From a virus (lineage: Duplodnaviria; Caudoviricetes), in the IMG/VR virus record IMGVR_UViG_3300022217_000193, positions 1 to 37,913 of that record: DNA of 37,913 nt; one strand, 5' to 3'. Below the pieces are notes generated by a model that was given only the letters and a program-made list of their open reading frames with translations, was not told the DNA's origin and ran no database searches. Below are positions 18,125 through 27,369 of the stretch, in pieces. Positions within the stretch are counted from its first letter, which is position 1. Every line of letters starts with the position of its first letter. Position numbers and translations under genes: made by a program.

Positions 18125-19642
18125 TTAAATTTCTTTTGACTTTTCTCTACGACTCTGCGAGAAAGCTCTTCTCTGTGGCCTCCGTGCCCTCTGTGGCAAA
18201 ACCTTTCCCCTTAAATCCTTTTGTGCAAAAATCTTGTTCCCTGGACCGAATAAAGTTTTAAGTTCCAGAAAGAGGTCGGCCACGGCTTTGTCATCCATGC
18301 TAAGTGAACGGGCGTCGCGCTGGGCCTGTTTAACAAAACCGATTTCCTTCGGGGTGAAGATAATCTCACCCTTTTTGACCAGATCAAAATAAACATCTGC
18401 CGTCTCTTTCGTCGGGTTATCAATAAAAACAACAATCTCCTGCCCGTTGCCTGCCGTCCTGCGGCGATAGAGAGAAGTCGGGTCTTTTTCTGCCACCGCT
18501 GGCCCCGTCATTTCCGCCGATGCCTGCCGGTCCTTATCGTCATTCCCGGCGGTGGAGTCCTCTATCGTCGTTTCTGGTGGTGGAGGATCTAACGGCTTTA
18601 GACCTATGGGGAGGCCTTCTATTATCCATGCGCGAATATTGCCGCCGTGGTCTTTATAGTAATCGCCGGGGTCTTTCCCTTTCGGCACGGGCCAGCGCTC
18701 TGACTCTGGAAAGTGCTTTTGCCACCAGGGCCAGGCATGGGCACCGGCATTGTCATAATCAAGGGCGTTCATTATGTGGAGAGCGTCTTTTAGGAAAGCG
18801 AAGGCGGCAAGGTCCGGCTTTGAAGAGCTATTCCCCTGAGCGATGACGCCCACAAGGTCGCCTGCTTCCTGGGTAATAAGCATAGCGTCCAGCTCCGCCT
18901 CTGTGACGGCTTCTGCTTTGCAGTCAGGATTAGTTGACGGTATCACCATTGGTGACATACCGGAACCTGGCACGACATAATAACGGCACTCACATTTAAA
19001 ACATTTACATTCCGGCTTGTGCCCCTGATTTGGTTGACGGATGCGGACACGGTGAATAACGCCGTCGAGGGTGTAAGGAATGACCAGCCCCTGCGGAAGC
19101 CAGAGTTTCTTTTCCTTGCCGTTCTCTTTCTTGATCGTTTCCAGTCCCCATCCCTTGCGGGAGCGGTAGAGGTCTTTTTCGTTCCATCCCAGCTTAAACC
19201 GCTTTACCGTTTTCTTATTAATCCCCCGCGCCGCCAGCCATGCCAGTTGGTCGGCATTAAGCAGCAGAGCATCATGGCACCTGTCGGCAAACTCTCCCGC
19301 CTTCTTCCGCCACAATTCATGAGGCGGCAGGTTCTCATGCGGTTGCCAGTCGTCAGACCGGCGGGGTGCCTTCGGCGTGACCGCTTCTGGCAGCTCTTGG
19401 AGCTCCCTTCCCACCATGCGGCAGGCCTCGGGATAAGAGACGCCCTTCCAGCTCATAAGGAAAGAGACATCATCGCCGCCCCTGGGCTCACACTGGCGAC
19501 ACATCCAGCGCCCTTTTTCCGGCCAGACGCGAAACCGGTCCCGCCCGCCACACATAGGGCAAGGGGAAGCATATTCCCCGCCGCCCGTAGATGCGATCTT
19601 CTTCAGCGTAACGCCGCTTTCGTGTATTAGGTCGAGGATCAT
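18125..19642 (-). CDS. DNA primase (P4-alpha-type zinc-binding domain plus Toprim)
   Basis: CPMCGGRDRF...CRQC; TEAELDA, ALDYDNAG, KDPGD. Confidence 0.88.
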   Translation of the reverse strand: MILDLIHESGVTLKKIASTGGGEYASPCPMCGGRDRFRVWPEKGRWMCRQCEPRGGDDVSFLMSWKGVSYPEACRMVGRELQELPEAVTPKAPRRSDDWQPHENLPPHELWRKKAGEFADRCHDALLLNADQLAWLAARGINKKTVKRFKLGWNEKDLYRSRKGWGLETIKKENGKEKKLWLPQGLVIPYTLDGVIHRVRIRQPNQGHKPECKCFKCECRYYVVPGSGMSPMVIPSTNPDCKAEAVTEAELDAMLITQEAGDLVGVIAQGNSSSKPDLAAFAFLKDALHIMNALDYDNAGAHAWPWWQKHFPESERWPVPKGKDPGDYYKDHGGNIRAWIIEGLPIGLKPLDPPPPETTIEDSTAGNDDKDRQASAEMTGPAVAEKDPTSLYRRRTAGNGQEIVVFIDNPTKETADVYFDLVKKGEIIFTPKEIGFVKQAQRDARSLSMDDKAVADLFLELKTLFGPGNKIFAQKDLRGKVLPQRARRPQRRAFSQSRREKSKEI

Positions 19643-19645
19643 GGT

Positions 19646-19903
19646 TTAGTCCTTTTTCACCACAGAGGTCACAGAGTTAGCAATATAAGAAAGCCCTTTT
19701 TCTCTGTTGTGTTCTTCACGTGTTTTCCCGAAATGGATTTCAGCACATTTCTGACAATAGTATTCGCCGCAATATAAACACCTGAACGCATAAGGGAGCG
19801 GTAATTTATTATCACACCCACAAGTCACACTATGCGTATTGATGGCTTCTTTAAACTGCCTTGCAACAACTTCTCTCTTTTTTATTATGTCTTTTTGGTT
19901 CAT
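19646..19903 (-). CDS. Zinc-finger hypothetical protein
   Basis: CGC...CLYC...CQKC..HF; co-oriented and tightly packed. Confidence 0.65.
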   Translation of the reverse strand: MNQKDIIKKREVVARQFKEAINTHSVTCGCDNKLPLPYAFRCLYCGEYYCQKCAEIHFGKTREEHNREKGLSYIANSVTSVVKKD

Positions 19904-20102
19904 TCTTCTTTTTTCCGAGGCTTTTCGGCCTTATCCGTGGTTAAAAAGGCATTTCAGATTTATCTTTCATAGCTATTTCTTTTACCATGTCTGTAAATTT
20001 CCCATCATATCCTTTGTAGCATCTCGCTAGTATTCTCGAAACAGATGCAAGATTGTGGCACCGATCTATCCAGTTATCAGGCTGCTTGATTCCTCTCTCT
20101 TC

Positions 20103-20321
20103 TCATATATCTCTGATATCGAAATTAATAAAGCCCTCTGGATAAAAAAGAGGATGGTAAAGAAAAAACCAGTACATTTGAGCAAAGCCATCTTTTAGTT
20201 CACGGTGGAGCAGACCCTCCCCCCATTTAAGGCGGTAGCTTTCAGATATATCAACAGAATGACCTAAGCATAATTTTGGTTTTATAGCTTTTAATGCGTC
20301 TTTATATGTGATGGAATTCAT
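20103..20321 (-). CDS. Hypothetical protein
   Basis: AGGAGG RBS before ATG 20321 (MNSITYK). Confidence 0.55.
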   Translation of the reverse strand: MNSITYKDALKAIKPKLCLGHSVDISESYRLKWGEGLLHRELKDGFAQMYWFFLYHPLFYPEGFINFDIRDI

Positions 20322-20330
20322 AATGCCTCC

Positions 20331-20632
20331 TTTTTTATGACGTTTTCCCGTCAATTCATGATGTTTTTATGATGAAATTTTAAATTCATCATAAAATTAG
20401 AAATGGTCTATCTATTTATATTTATTACTTTTTCCTATATAACTCTTAATCTCTTATGATGAAATGATGTTTTTGTCATATAAAAAAGTTAAAACTGTCC
20501 GCCAGTGTTTGGAAAAAGTTAGCGGAAAAAACATTATTTCATCATATAGGAACCAAAATATTAAATAATAACAGGCGGTTATAGGTATGATGATTTGCAA
20601 AAAACATCATAAAAACGTCATATTTCATAATA
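20331..20632. other. Putative replication origin (AT-rich, ATGATG iterons in nested inverted arrangement)
   Basis: Multiple ATGATG/CATCAT units; AT-rich spacers; lies just downstream of the helicase gene. Confidence 0.75.
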
Positions 20633-20705
20633 AGAACCTCATAAGTAGTAATGCTGAATCCCCCGAACCCCCTGTGAGGGTAGCCGGGCAAAATATAAAA
20701 CTCCC

Positions 20706-22319
20706 TCAAACCGTAAACCTCGCCAGTTGAGCACCGTAGAACTTAAGGTTGCCGCCCTTGGTACACTTAATGAAACGCTTCTTTGCTAATTCCTTCGACA
20801 GCCATGTCCTTGATGGGACCTTATCCCCTTTGTTCTCTTGATACCATTCCTCAAACTCGTCATAAATGTCCCCCAATGGAGTGGAGCGAGTGAAGTCCGG
20901 CTCTTCGGTAAACTTCATCGATATAAACTCCCCGGCAAGGTCCTGATCTTTGCGATATTGGTCGGTTGCCTCTAAAACCTCTTTTGGTGGCTTTAGTCCG
21001 TCGCCATCGGCATCAAGACTTCGCTTCCACTCGATGCAGCCTTTAACAAGCCGGGCCAGAATGCCTGGCGTCTCTTTTTTAAGCTTTTCAGTCAACATAG
21101 GGTCACGTTTTCGCTCGTGATCTTCTTTGGGACTGTCAACAAAGCTCAATTTAAAATTAAGCACGTGCATTCGATACCAGAAGGCCTTGTCATTGGGCGG
21201 GGCCTTGCAGAGTTCGTTTGTCAGCAGGCAGAGCAGGTGCGTAGGGTCGAAGGTGATTGACTCTTTCCCGTAGTTCTCACGGCCTGTGAGCTTATCGCCG
21301 CCCGTTAGCCACTTGATCTGACCGGGTGAAAAGGTGCTCTTTTCTGTCGTTTCACTGGCAAAAGCAACCCTCAAACCTTTGAGGGCCGTAATATGTGGAG
21401 ACGCGGCCCCCGGATTGCGGGGCGTTTTTTGGTCAAGAAGCATTTCGGATTGTATTGGCTGCATTAAGGCACCAAGGACGTGCTGCAAAATTCCCATTAG
21501 CGTGCTTTTCCCGTTTCTGCCGTGCTCACCGTGCATGACAAGGAATACATGCTCGATGACAGCGCCAATGAGGCCATAGCCAAAAAAGCGGAGAACATAA
21601 TTAATGACGGCCTCGTTTTCCTCGAAAATGACCTGCATAAACTTGTCAAAATCCTCGGCCTCAGCGTCAAAACCTTCCCAGTCGTGAGGAATGGCGTTGA
21701 GAATGTAATCATCCGGCCTGCCGTCCCTGAATTTACCTGTCCGCAGGTCCATAACGCCGTTATTAAAACCGAGCAGCCAGGGGTTGCGGTCTATTTCATC
21801 ACCGATGATGGCAATATTGTTTTGCACGATAGTCGCCATAGTGAGGCAATCGGCGATGCCTGAAGGTTTGCGAATGCCTTTAATTCGGTTATGGACAAAG
21901 CCCTTTCGCTTGTTCAGGCCTTTGATGATAGCCTCGCTGTCCTCTTCTTCGGCCAGCTTCTTTATCTGCTTATCAATGGCAGGAATAAGGCGGAGATATT
22001 GAGCAACAACAGCTTCAACCTCGCGCTCTGCCGTGCGGCCCCGGTCTGTCTGCCAGTGATGCCCGGTCCAGACCAGCCAACGGTTCATAACATGGCAAAA
22101 GAGGTACTTGTCTTTATGAACCTCAGCATAAAGACTGCCATCGCCCACCTTTTCCGCATGAAGGCAAGTGGCGATAAAAGAGAGGGGAATCCCGGAGCCG
22201 TCATCACCATCGTCAGGCGGGTATGTCTCGGCTTCCTTCTCTTTACGAACTTCGACCTCAGCTTTTATATCGGCGGCAGCTGGCATCGTTATATCTGGCG
22301 GTGTTTCTTCAGTGCTCAT
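20706..22319 (-). CDS. D5/P4-family SF3 helicase (primase-associated ATPase)
   Basis: D5_N-like WLVWTGHHW, LLGFNNGVMDLRTG; Walker A GEHGRNGKST; IKWLTGGD; likely ATG 22319 (ATGA overlap with the upstream stop). Confidence 0.92.
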   Translation of the reverse strand: MSTEETPPDITMPAAADIKAEVEVRKEKEAETYPPDDGDDGSGIPLSFIATCLHAEKVGDGSLYAEVHKDKYLFCHVMNRWLVWTGHHWQTDRGRTAEREVEAVVAQYLRLIPAIDKQIKKLAEEEDSEAIIKGLNKRKGFVHNRIKGIRKPSGIADCLTMATIVQNNIAIIGDEIDRNPWLLGFNNGVMDLRTGKFRDGRPDDYILNAIPHDWEGFDAEAEDFDKFMQVIFEENEAVINYVLRFFGYGLIGAVIEHVFLVMHGEHGRNGKSTLMGILQHVLGALMQPIQSEMLLDQKTPRNPGAASPHITALKGLRVAFASETTEKSTFSPGQIKWLTGGDKLTGRENYGKESITFDPTHLLCLLTNELCKAPPNDKAFWYRMHVLNFKLSFVDSPKEDHERKRDPMLTEKLKKETPGILARLVKGCIEWKRSLDADGDGLKPPKEVLEATDQYRKDQDLAGEFISMKFTEEPDFTRSTPLGDIYDEFEEWYQENKGDKVPSRTWLSKELAKKRFIKCTKGGNLKFYGAQLARFTV

Positions 22320-22729
22320 AAAAGCTTTCCTTTCCAAATGCGGATGGCCTCGGGGCTTAATCCAACATGATTGGCTATTTCAGATAACTTGAAATCCTTC
22401 TCCAAAAAGAGGGCCATTAAAATATATTGCCGTGGTGTTACCTGGCTGTTTTCGAGTATGGTCCCTTTCTTGGCTGTTAGCCGGTGCCCGCAGCTCGGGC
22501 AGGTGAATTTCTTCAAGGCATAGTACCTGGCAATGCGGTGATCATCGGTGAGAGCTTCCCCGCAATCAGGACAGTGCGCCTGTTTCCCGTGCGCCACATC
22601 GAGAAAGAAGCGATTACAAAAAGCCTCTTCCAAAAAGTCAGACCCGAACGCTGCCGCCACCGTCTCAACGGGAACGAACCGAAGAGGAAAGCCACTCTGC
22701 TCTGTGTCCTGATTGTTGTTTAATTCCAT
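22316..22729 (-). CDS. Zinc-ribbon plus HTH protein resembling the IS1595 transposase N-terminus (no DDE domain)
   Basis: CPDCG...FTCPSCG...TAKKGTILENS...IANHVGLSPEAIRIW; likely ATG 22729. Confidence 0.7.
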   Translation of the reverse strand: MELNNNQDTEQSGFPLRFVPVETVAAAFGSDFLEEAFCNRFFLDVAHGKQAHCPDCGEALTDDHRIARYYALKKFTCPSCGHRLTAKKGTILENSQVTPRQYILMALFLEKDFKLSEIANHVGLSPEAIRIWKGKLL

Positions 22730-22741
22730 AGTTCCACACCT

Positions 22742-22813
22742 AAAAATTTTCAAATCGTACGCAAACCCCGCGAGTCATGGTACCCGCATGGCGTGAGGTC
22801 GCCAGAAGGACCC
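22742..22813 (-). other. Lambda-like cos site (cosQ plus cosN); predicted 12-nt end GGTACCATGACT at 22773-22784
   Basis: GGGTCCT-22 nt ending TGCG-GGTACCATGACT-CGCGGGGTTTGCG...TGAAAATTTT parallels lambda GGGTCCT...TACG-GGGCGGCGACCT-CGCGGGTTTTCGC...TGAAAATTTT; TerL is GpA-type. Confidence 0.78.
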
Positions 22814-22814
22814 G

Positions 22815-23438
22815 TTAACGCTTGCGAAGTTGCCTTCTGTACTTGATGGCGAACTGTCTCGGCATCTCAGTTTTGACTATCTTGTCAGCCAGTCCCCTGC
22901 CTTGCTTCTTATACATGCCTCTGATAGATGGGCCGCTCAGTCTTTCGATAGGTAGCCGCTTCTTTCCTGTGCGCCTGAACACACCGACACCACCGCCGGG
23001 CATTGCCTGAAGAAAACCGCCTTTAACTATGCGACGCTGGCCCTTGATTACCTCGACACTTACGCCTTTGGCTTTGCCTCTCTTTAGCTTTCGACCGGCC
23101 AGTCCGCCATGTTTGGAGACAGAGAGGTTGACAGTGTTGCCGCCTGAATCTATTGTTTGCTTGGCTTTATAATGTTGTAGACCCGGTGTCCTGCCAGGGA
23201 AGATGATAGTTGTTTGTGGGTTGCGCATTGTTGCCTTACGCTGTTTGATAGCCATCCTGATACGCCTGACAGGTAGACTATATTCTTCTTTGAATTCATC
23301 TCCATAAGCTTTCCTAACTACCTTGCCCGTCTCGTTGATGGCCTGATACTGAGCAACCTTGACCGGCTTCGGGTCAAGAAGCTTCTTTACCCTCTTAACC
23401 GACTTCATATCCACTTCCATTGTGGGCATCATATCCAC
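22815..23438 (-). CDS. Minor tail protein, lambda gpZ-like
   Basis: Very basic 207 aa; AINETG..VR, GGFL...GVFRRTGKKRLPIERLSGPSI motifs. Confidence 0.72.
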   Translation of the reverse strand: MDMMPTMEVDMKSVKRVKKLLDPKPVKVAQYQAINETGKVVRKAYGDEFKEEYSLPVRRIRMAIKQRKATMRNPQTTIIFPGRTPGLQHYKAKQTIDSGGNTVNLSVSKHGGLAGRKLKRGKAKGVSVEVIKGQRRIVKGGFLQAMPGGGVGVFRRTGKKRLPIERLSGPSIRGMYKKQGRGLADKIVKTEMPRQFAIKYRRQLRKR

Positions 23439-23618
23439 ACCTCTCTTGCTCCATGATGTTTTACCATTTGCCCGGCACCACTTAGGGGGGCGCGGGGGGC
23501 GGCGAAAAAAAGAGAAGAGAAAAGAATGTTTTGCCCATTGCCCGACGTGATCATCGGGGGGTGCGGGGGGCGCGCGGACGTGGCCAGCATCGCCATTGTT
23601 GACGGTTCTCGATACATG

Positions 23619-24419
23619 TTACTTAGTGCCCCCTTTTTTTGCTCGGGACCTTATCGCCATTTCTGGCGATGCATACCGGGCCTTATCGCTATATTTGACG
23701 ATAGGGTCCCCCTCGCTATTTCTGACGATGTTGCCGGCCTCATCGTCGAGTGTGACGATATGATCAGTGAAGAGTTTATAGATGGAGTACCGCTCTGCCG
23801 GTGTCATGTTAAGGAAGTTCTTATACCATCGGCTGCGCTTCCGCTTTATACGCTCTCTCTCGCGAAAGTTCTCACCGACATAGCGATAGTCTGACTGTTT
23901 GCCTGAAGGTTTAAAGTTGCACCACACATATTCTATGGCGCGCCCCCTTCTCGTGGCAGCACTGAATGTCTTATAAAACCACCCTGACAACATATCCATG
24001 TAAAGGTCTGACCTATATCCCGATATGATGACCGGGCAATCAACGTGCTTAAAGAACGTTAGCAGGTCAATGTGCTGCTCGTCTGTATACTCATAACGAT
24101 AGAGTTTGCCCCCCTTCCTGGAGGACATAACATAAGGAGGGTCGGCATAGATAAGCTCTGTGCCGGTAAAGGTCATTTTCTGTAGCGTAGATCTCGCATC
24201 GTCATTTATGAAGGTGTATTCAGGAGAATTAAATTCCTCTCTCTCCTGCCATGTTTTGATAACTGCACCATCGATATCTATGCCGATAGTAGACGGAGCG
24301 GGGAGCTTTCTTTCAAGCACGTTGCCCCCCCCTAGATGCGACTCGATATAAATGTCATGCGGAGGCATCAGGTTTATAATGTGGTGGTAGCAGCCGCCTT
24401 TTCCGCCTGGGTAATTCAT
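23619..24419 (-). CDS. DNA adenine methyltransferase (D12/Dam-like class)
   Basis: MNYPGGK, YIESHLGGG, YADPPY; likely ATG 24419. Confidence 0.88.
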   Translation of the reverse strand: MNYPGGKGGCYHHIINLMPPHDIYIESHLGGGNVLERKLPAPSTIGIDIDGAVIKTWQEREEFNSPEYTFINDDARSTLQKMTFTGTELIYADPPYVMSSRKGGKLYRYEYTDEQHIDLLTFFKHVDCPVIISGYRSDLYMDMLSGWFYKTFSAATRRGRAIEYVWCNFKPSGKQSDYRYVGENFRERERIKRKRSRWYKNFLNMTPAERYSIYKLFTDHIVTLDDEAGNIVRNSEGDPIVKYSDKARYASPEMAIRSRAKKGGTK

Positions 24420-24528
24420 GAGGGCAAACTCCCGCTTTTTCTGCTCTTGGCACAAAAAAACAGCACACGAAATTCGCCTGTGCTGCGAGTTTTTGAAGTG
24501 GGGAAGGGTTTTATATAGGGTGTTTTCA

Positions 24529-26112
24529 TTATAGAAAAGCCCTCTTTTCCCTGTATGGTTTCTCTATATAAAGAGGTTCTTCTTTATGCTGACGGGCAGT
24601 GTTGTTCATATAGTTCGCCTCAATAAGAGCCTTTGCCGGTGGTGGAGAGACAGAATTTCCGACCATTCTGACCTGGGCTGTTTTCGTCAAAGGCTTTCCG
24701 TTGTATTCCGGATCAATGATGTAGCTATCAGGAAAGCCCTGCGCACGGTAAAGTTCCCTCGATTGAAGCATCCGCATACCGATATCAGTAATTGGATAAT
24801 CGACACCCTGAACGGTTACCAGACCGAAGCGTTCTTTAGTTGTTAGTGTGTGAAGTGGTTCTGTTAATCTCGGGTCTTGGTCAGTGCCATAATATTTTAA
24901 AAGAAAAGCCTGTACTAACCCGAAGTGCAGGCCACCTGATGTGACGGTCTGTAATGGCTGTCTACAATCGTGGCCGATGTTCTGCCCTTTCATTTTTACT
25001 ATATGGGCAGTGACAAGAGCATCTTTGTTTTTTGAAACTAAGGTTCTTATAGGTTCTTTCAAGTCATGAGGGCCGCTTTGCCCCATCATCCTGACCATGT
25101 TTGCGGCTACCAGGGAATGATGATCAATCGACGTTACCGTCCCGAGGGGATTGTCAAGGGCACTACCAACAACACCTGTATAATGTTTGGCAAGAAATGC
25201 GGCAACAAGAGCAAAATGTCCGCCTTTGGTCTGTGCGCATATCGTTCTCAATGGCTCATTTGCAGACATATTTCTTTGAGAAGAACTGTTTGCACATTCT
25301 GTTATAAAGGGGACGAAAAAAGGTTCAGGGTTGTCTATGACATACCGGAAAGTACCTTTTGCAATTCTTCTGTGCGTGGCATCGACCAGAGGCCTCTTGA
25401 CTCCGGCCTTTTTCCCTTCTTCTTTTGATAGGAAAATAGAGGGACAAGGGATGGACCAGTCTATGCAATCCGCCGCCGTTTTGTAAGGCAGCAGGCCCTT
25501 TCCGTGTGTCGGCTCGGGCCATACGATAGGTTGACCGTCGCACCTGGCAATAAGAAATAGCCGATTCCTGGAAGTGGGAGCACCATAGTCACAGGCAACA
25601 AGCTCCTTCCATTCGACTTGATAACCCAGCTTTTCCAACTCCTTAACCCAGCGTCGGAAAGTAAATCCCTTTCTATCCGGACAGGGCTTGCCATCGGTAA
25701 GCAGCGGTCCCCATGTTTGAAACTCTTCGACATTTTCAAGAAAGATGATACGCGGGCGAACCGTTGCCGCATATCTGACAACAACCCAGGCAAGCCCCCG
25801 GATTTTCTTCTCGACAGGCTTGCCCCCTTTGGCTTTGGAAAAGTGCTTGCAGTCCGGGCTGAACCAGGCAAGGCCGACCTTTCGGACTTGCCTGGCAACT
25901 TCTCTCGGGTCTACATCCCAGACGTTTTCACAATAATGTTTTGTAAATGGATGGTTGGCCTTGTGCATGGCAACCGCTTCGGGGTCATGATTGATGGCTA
26001 TATCGCCTGGCCTGCCGGTTGCCTGCTCGATGGCAAGACTTGCTCCACCGCCGCCGGCAAAATTATCAATGATAAGCTCGTCATATAATCCTTGCTGAAA
26101 TGGCTTTTTCAC
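24529..26112 (-). CDS. DNA (cytosine-5) methyltransferase
   Basis: FAGGGG, SPDCKHFS, ENV, R-R motif, VGNSV; repeated PL-T-T target-recognition units. Confidence 0.92.
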   Translation of the reverse strand: MKKPFQQGLYDELIIDNFAGGGGASLAIEQATGRPGDIAINHDPEAVAMHKANHPFTKHYCENVWDVDPREVARQVRKVGLAWFSPDCKHFSKAKGGKPVEKKIRGLAWVVVRYAATVRPRIIFLENVEEFQTWGPLLTDGKPCPDRKGFTFRRWVKELEKLGYQVEWKELVACDYGAPTSRNRLFLIARCDGQPIVWPEPTHGKGLLPYKTAADCIDWSIPCPSIFLSKEEGKKAGVKRPLVDATHRRIAKGTFRYVIDNPEPFFVPFITECANSSSQRNMSANEPLRTICAQTKGGHFALVAAFLAKHYTGVVGSALDNPLGTVTSIDHHSLVAANMVRMMGQSGPHDLKEPIRTLVSKNKDALVTAHIVKMKGQNIGHDCRQPLQTVTSGGLHFGLVQAFLLKYYGTDQDPRLTEPLHTLTTKERFGLVTVQGVDYPITDIGMRMLQSRELYRAQGFPDSYIIDPEYNGKPLTKTAQVRMVGNSVSPPPAKALIEANYMNNTARQHKEEPLYIEKPYREKRAFL

Positions 26113-26294
26113 CTCACCCCCTCAAACAACGGTGTCGATTTCTCCCGCTCGCCTAACAGATAAAGCTCGCTCCTGATGTCCTTCTCAGCGTGATCAAGCA
26201 GGGTCGTTTCTTTCCTTAAATCTTCCCGGCGGCTGTTGATATCCTTCAGCGCACCTTGAAGCTCTTTTTTTCTGTTTTCTACAAGGACCATCAA
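26109..26294 (-). CDS. Hypothetical coiled-coil protein
   Basis: Overlapping start/stop coupling within the early operon. Confidence 0.6.
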   Translation of the reverse strand: MMVLVENRKKELQGALKDINSRREDLRKETTLLDHAEKDIRSELYLLGEREKSTPLFEGVR

Positions 26295-26617
26295 GCCACC
26301 CTGTTTAATTTAAGGTATTCAGTATGTGCTTCCCTTGCTGCGGGAATGCGCTCATTTAGCTCATTAGCGTATTTATAGAACTCGTCATGATCGGCTTTAA
26401 TCAAAGCCGCTTCCAGGTTAGCAAGGGCAAGCTTCAGTTCGTAATAATCTACCGTTCTTTCCCTTTGCAGCCAGTCCAGCCCGCCCGCTTGCGCAGAGAG
26501 TACCATCAGGCAATTAATGTCCGTGAAAATCTCGTCCGCTTCTTGCGTATCAAAAGCTATTACTTTCTTTTCCCCTGCCATAACAACAACCTCCCCTTTA
26601 TCTTCAGGCGTGTGCAT
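26291..26617 (-). CDS. Hypothetical protein
   Basis: Co-oriented; start could be the downstream MAGEKK behind GGGGAGG. Confidence 0.6.
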   Translation of the reverse strand: MHTPEDKGEVVVMAGEKKVIAFDTQEADEIFTDINCLMVLSAQAGGLDWLQRERTVDYYELKLALANLEAALIKADHDEFYKYANELNERIPAAREAHTEYLKLNRVA

Positions 26618-26792
26618 AAGCCTTCTTAAGGTTTCTAAAACTCCGGCCTGACGCCTTGCGCTTCTTTTGCTGGCAGCGATAACAAAGCGTGTCGCTATGT
26701 TCCTGCACCCGGCGGAGCTTCAACTTTCGCCTGCAGCCATGAACCGCGCAGACCTGATCACTGAGTACGTTAAAAGCGTGTGATTTCTTCAT
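26604..26792 (-). CDS. Small basic Cys-rich hypothetical protein
   Basis: CAVHGC...CYRC; ATGA coupling with the upstream ORF. Confidence 0.55.
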   Translation of the reverse strand: MKKSHAFNVLSDQVCAVHGCRRKLKLRRVQEHSDTLCYRCQQKKRKASGRSFRNLKKAYAHA

Positions 26793-26956
26793 TTCTCCCC
26801 CTCCATTTTCTCCAGTTTGTTGAGTTTGTCCTGCGCATCCATGCCCCTCACTTGCAGGGCCCCTATGATTCGGTGATGCCGCCGGATGCTGTTTTCCAGG
26901 TGTTTAATTTCAGCGGTCAGTTGTGCTCTTTTTATGAGAGTGTCTGTGCCTTGCAT
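26789..26956 (-). CDS. Small coiled-coil hypothetical protein (55 aa)
   Basis: MQGTDTLIKRAQL...MEGEK; TGATG and ATGA couplings on both sides; below the ORF-track cutoff. Confidence 0.6.
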   Translation of the reverse strand: MQGTDTLIKRAQLTAEIKHLENSIRRHHRIIGALQVRGMDAQDKLNKLEKMEGEK

Positions 26957-27369
26957 CAATACCTCACACCGACACCGAGCTGGTAATTCCCCTGAACAAA
27001 CCCGAGTTCCCAGATCACACCACCGGCAAGAATCTCTTCACGATACTTCTCAAAATAGTCAGCGGCGGAAAGAGTCATAAGAACGGAGGTGAGAAAATAG
27101 AAATTAACCTGGTCTGATGATCGCCCGTTTATGATGGGATTCCGTTCATACCGTGAATATTCACACCTTCTATATGACGGTGTTTCTTGATAACATTTGT
27201 CTTTTGAGTGATACATGATGTCATTAGACTGACCCGCATCGATAGCCGCCAATCCGGCATAAATAGCGCCATAAATCTTCTCTTTCTTCGTCCATGAGCG
27301 GGCAGCGCAGCCACTAAAAAGGAAGCAAATCAATAAAAGCATCACTATTTTTCTCTTTCTCCAACCCAT
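26956..27369 (-). CDS. Putative lipoprotein / membrane protein
   Basis: Basic N-region, hydrophobic core and lipobox FSGC; YERNPII motif; further hydrophobic segments. Confidence 0.7.
   Translation of the reverse strand: MGWRKRKIVMLLLICFLFSGCAARSWTKKEKIYGAIYAGLAAIDAGQSNDIMYHSKDKCYQETPSYRRCEYSRYERNPIINGRSSDQVNFYFLTSVLMTLSAADYFEKYREEILAGGVIWELGFVQGNYQLGVGVRY

Noticed and set aside
22316-22753. Active IS1595 insertion sequence
   Set aside because: No DDE domain, terminal inverted repeats or target duplication visible.
23619-26112. Restriction-modification system
   Set aside because: No adjacent endonuclease or specificity subunit.
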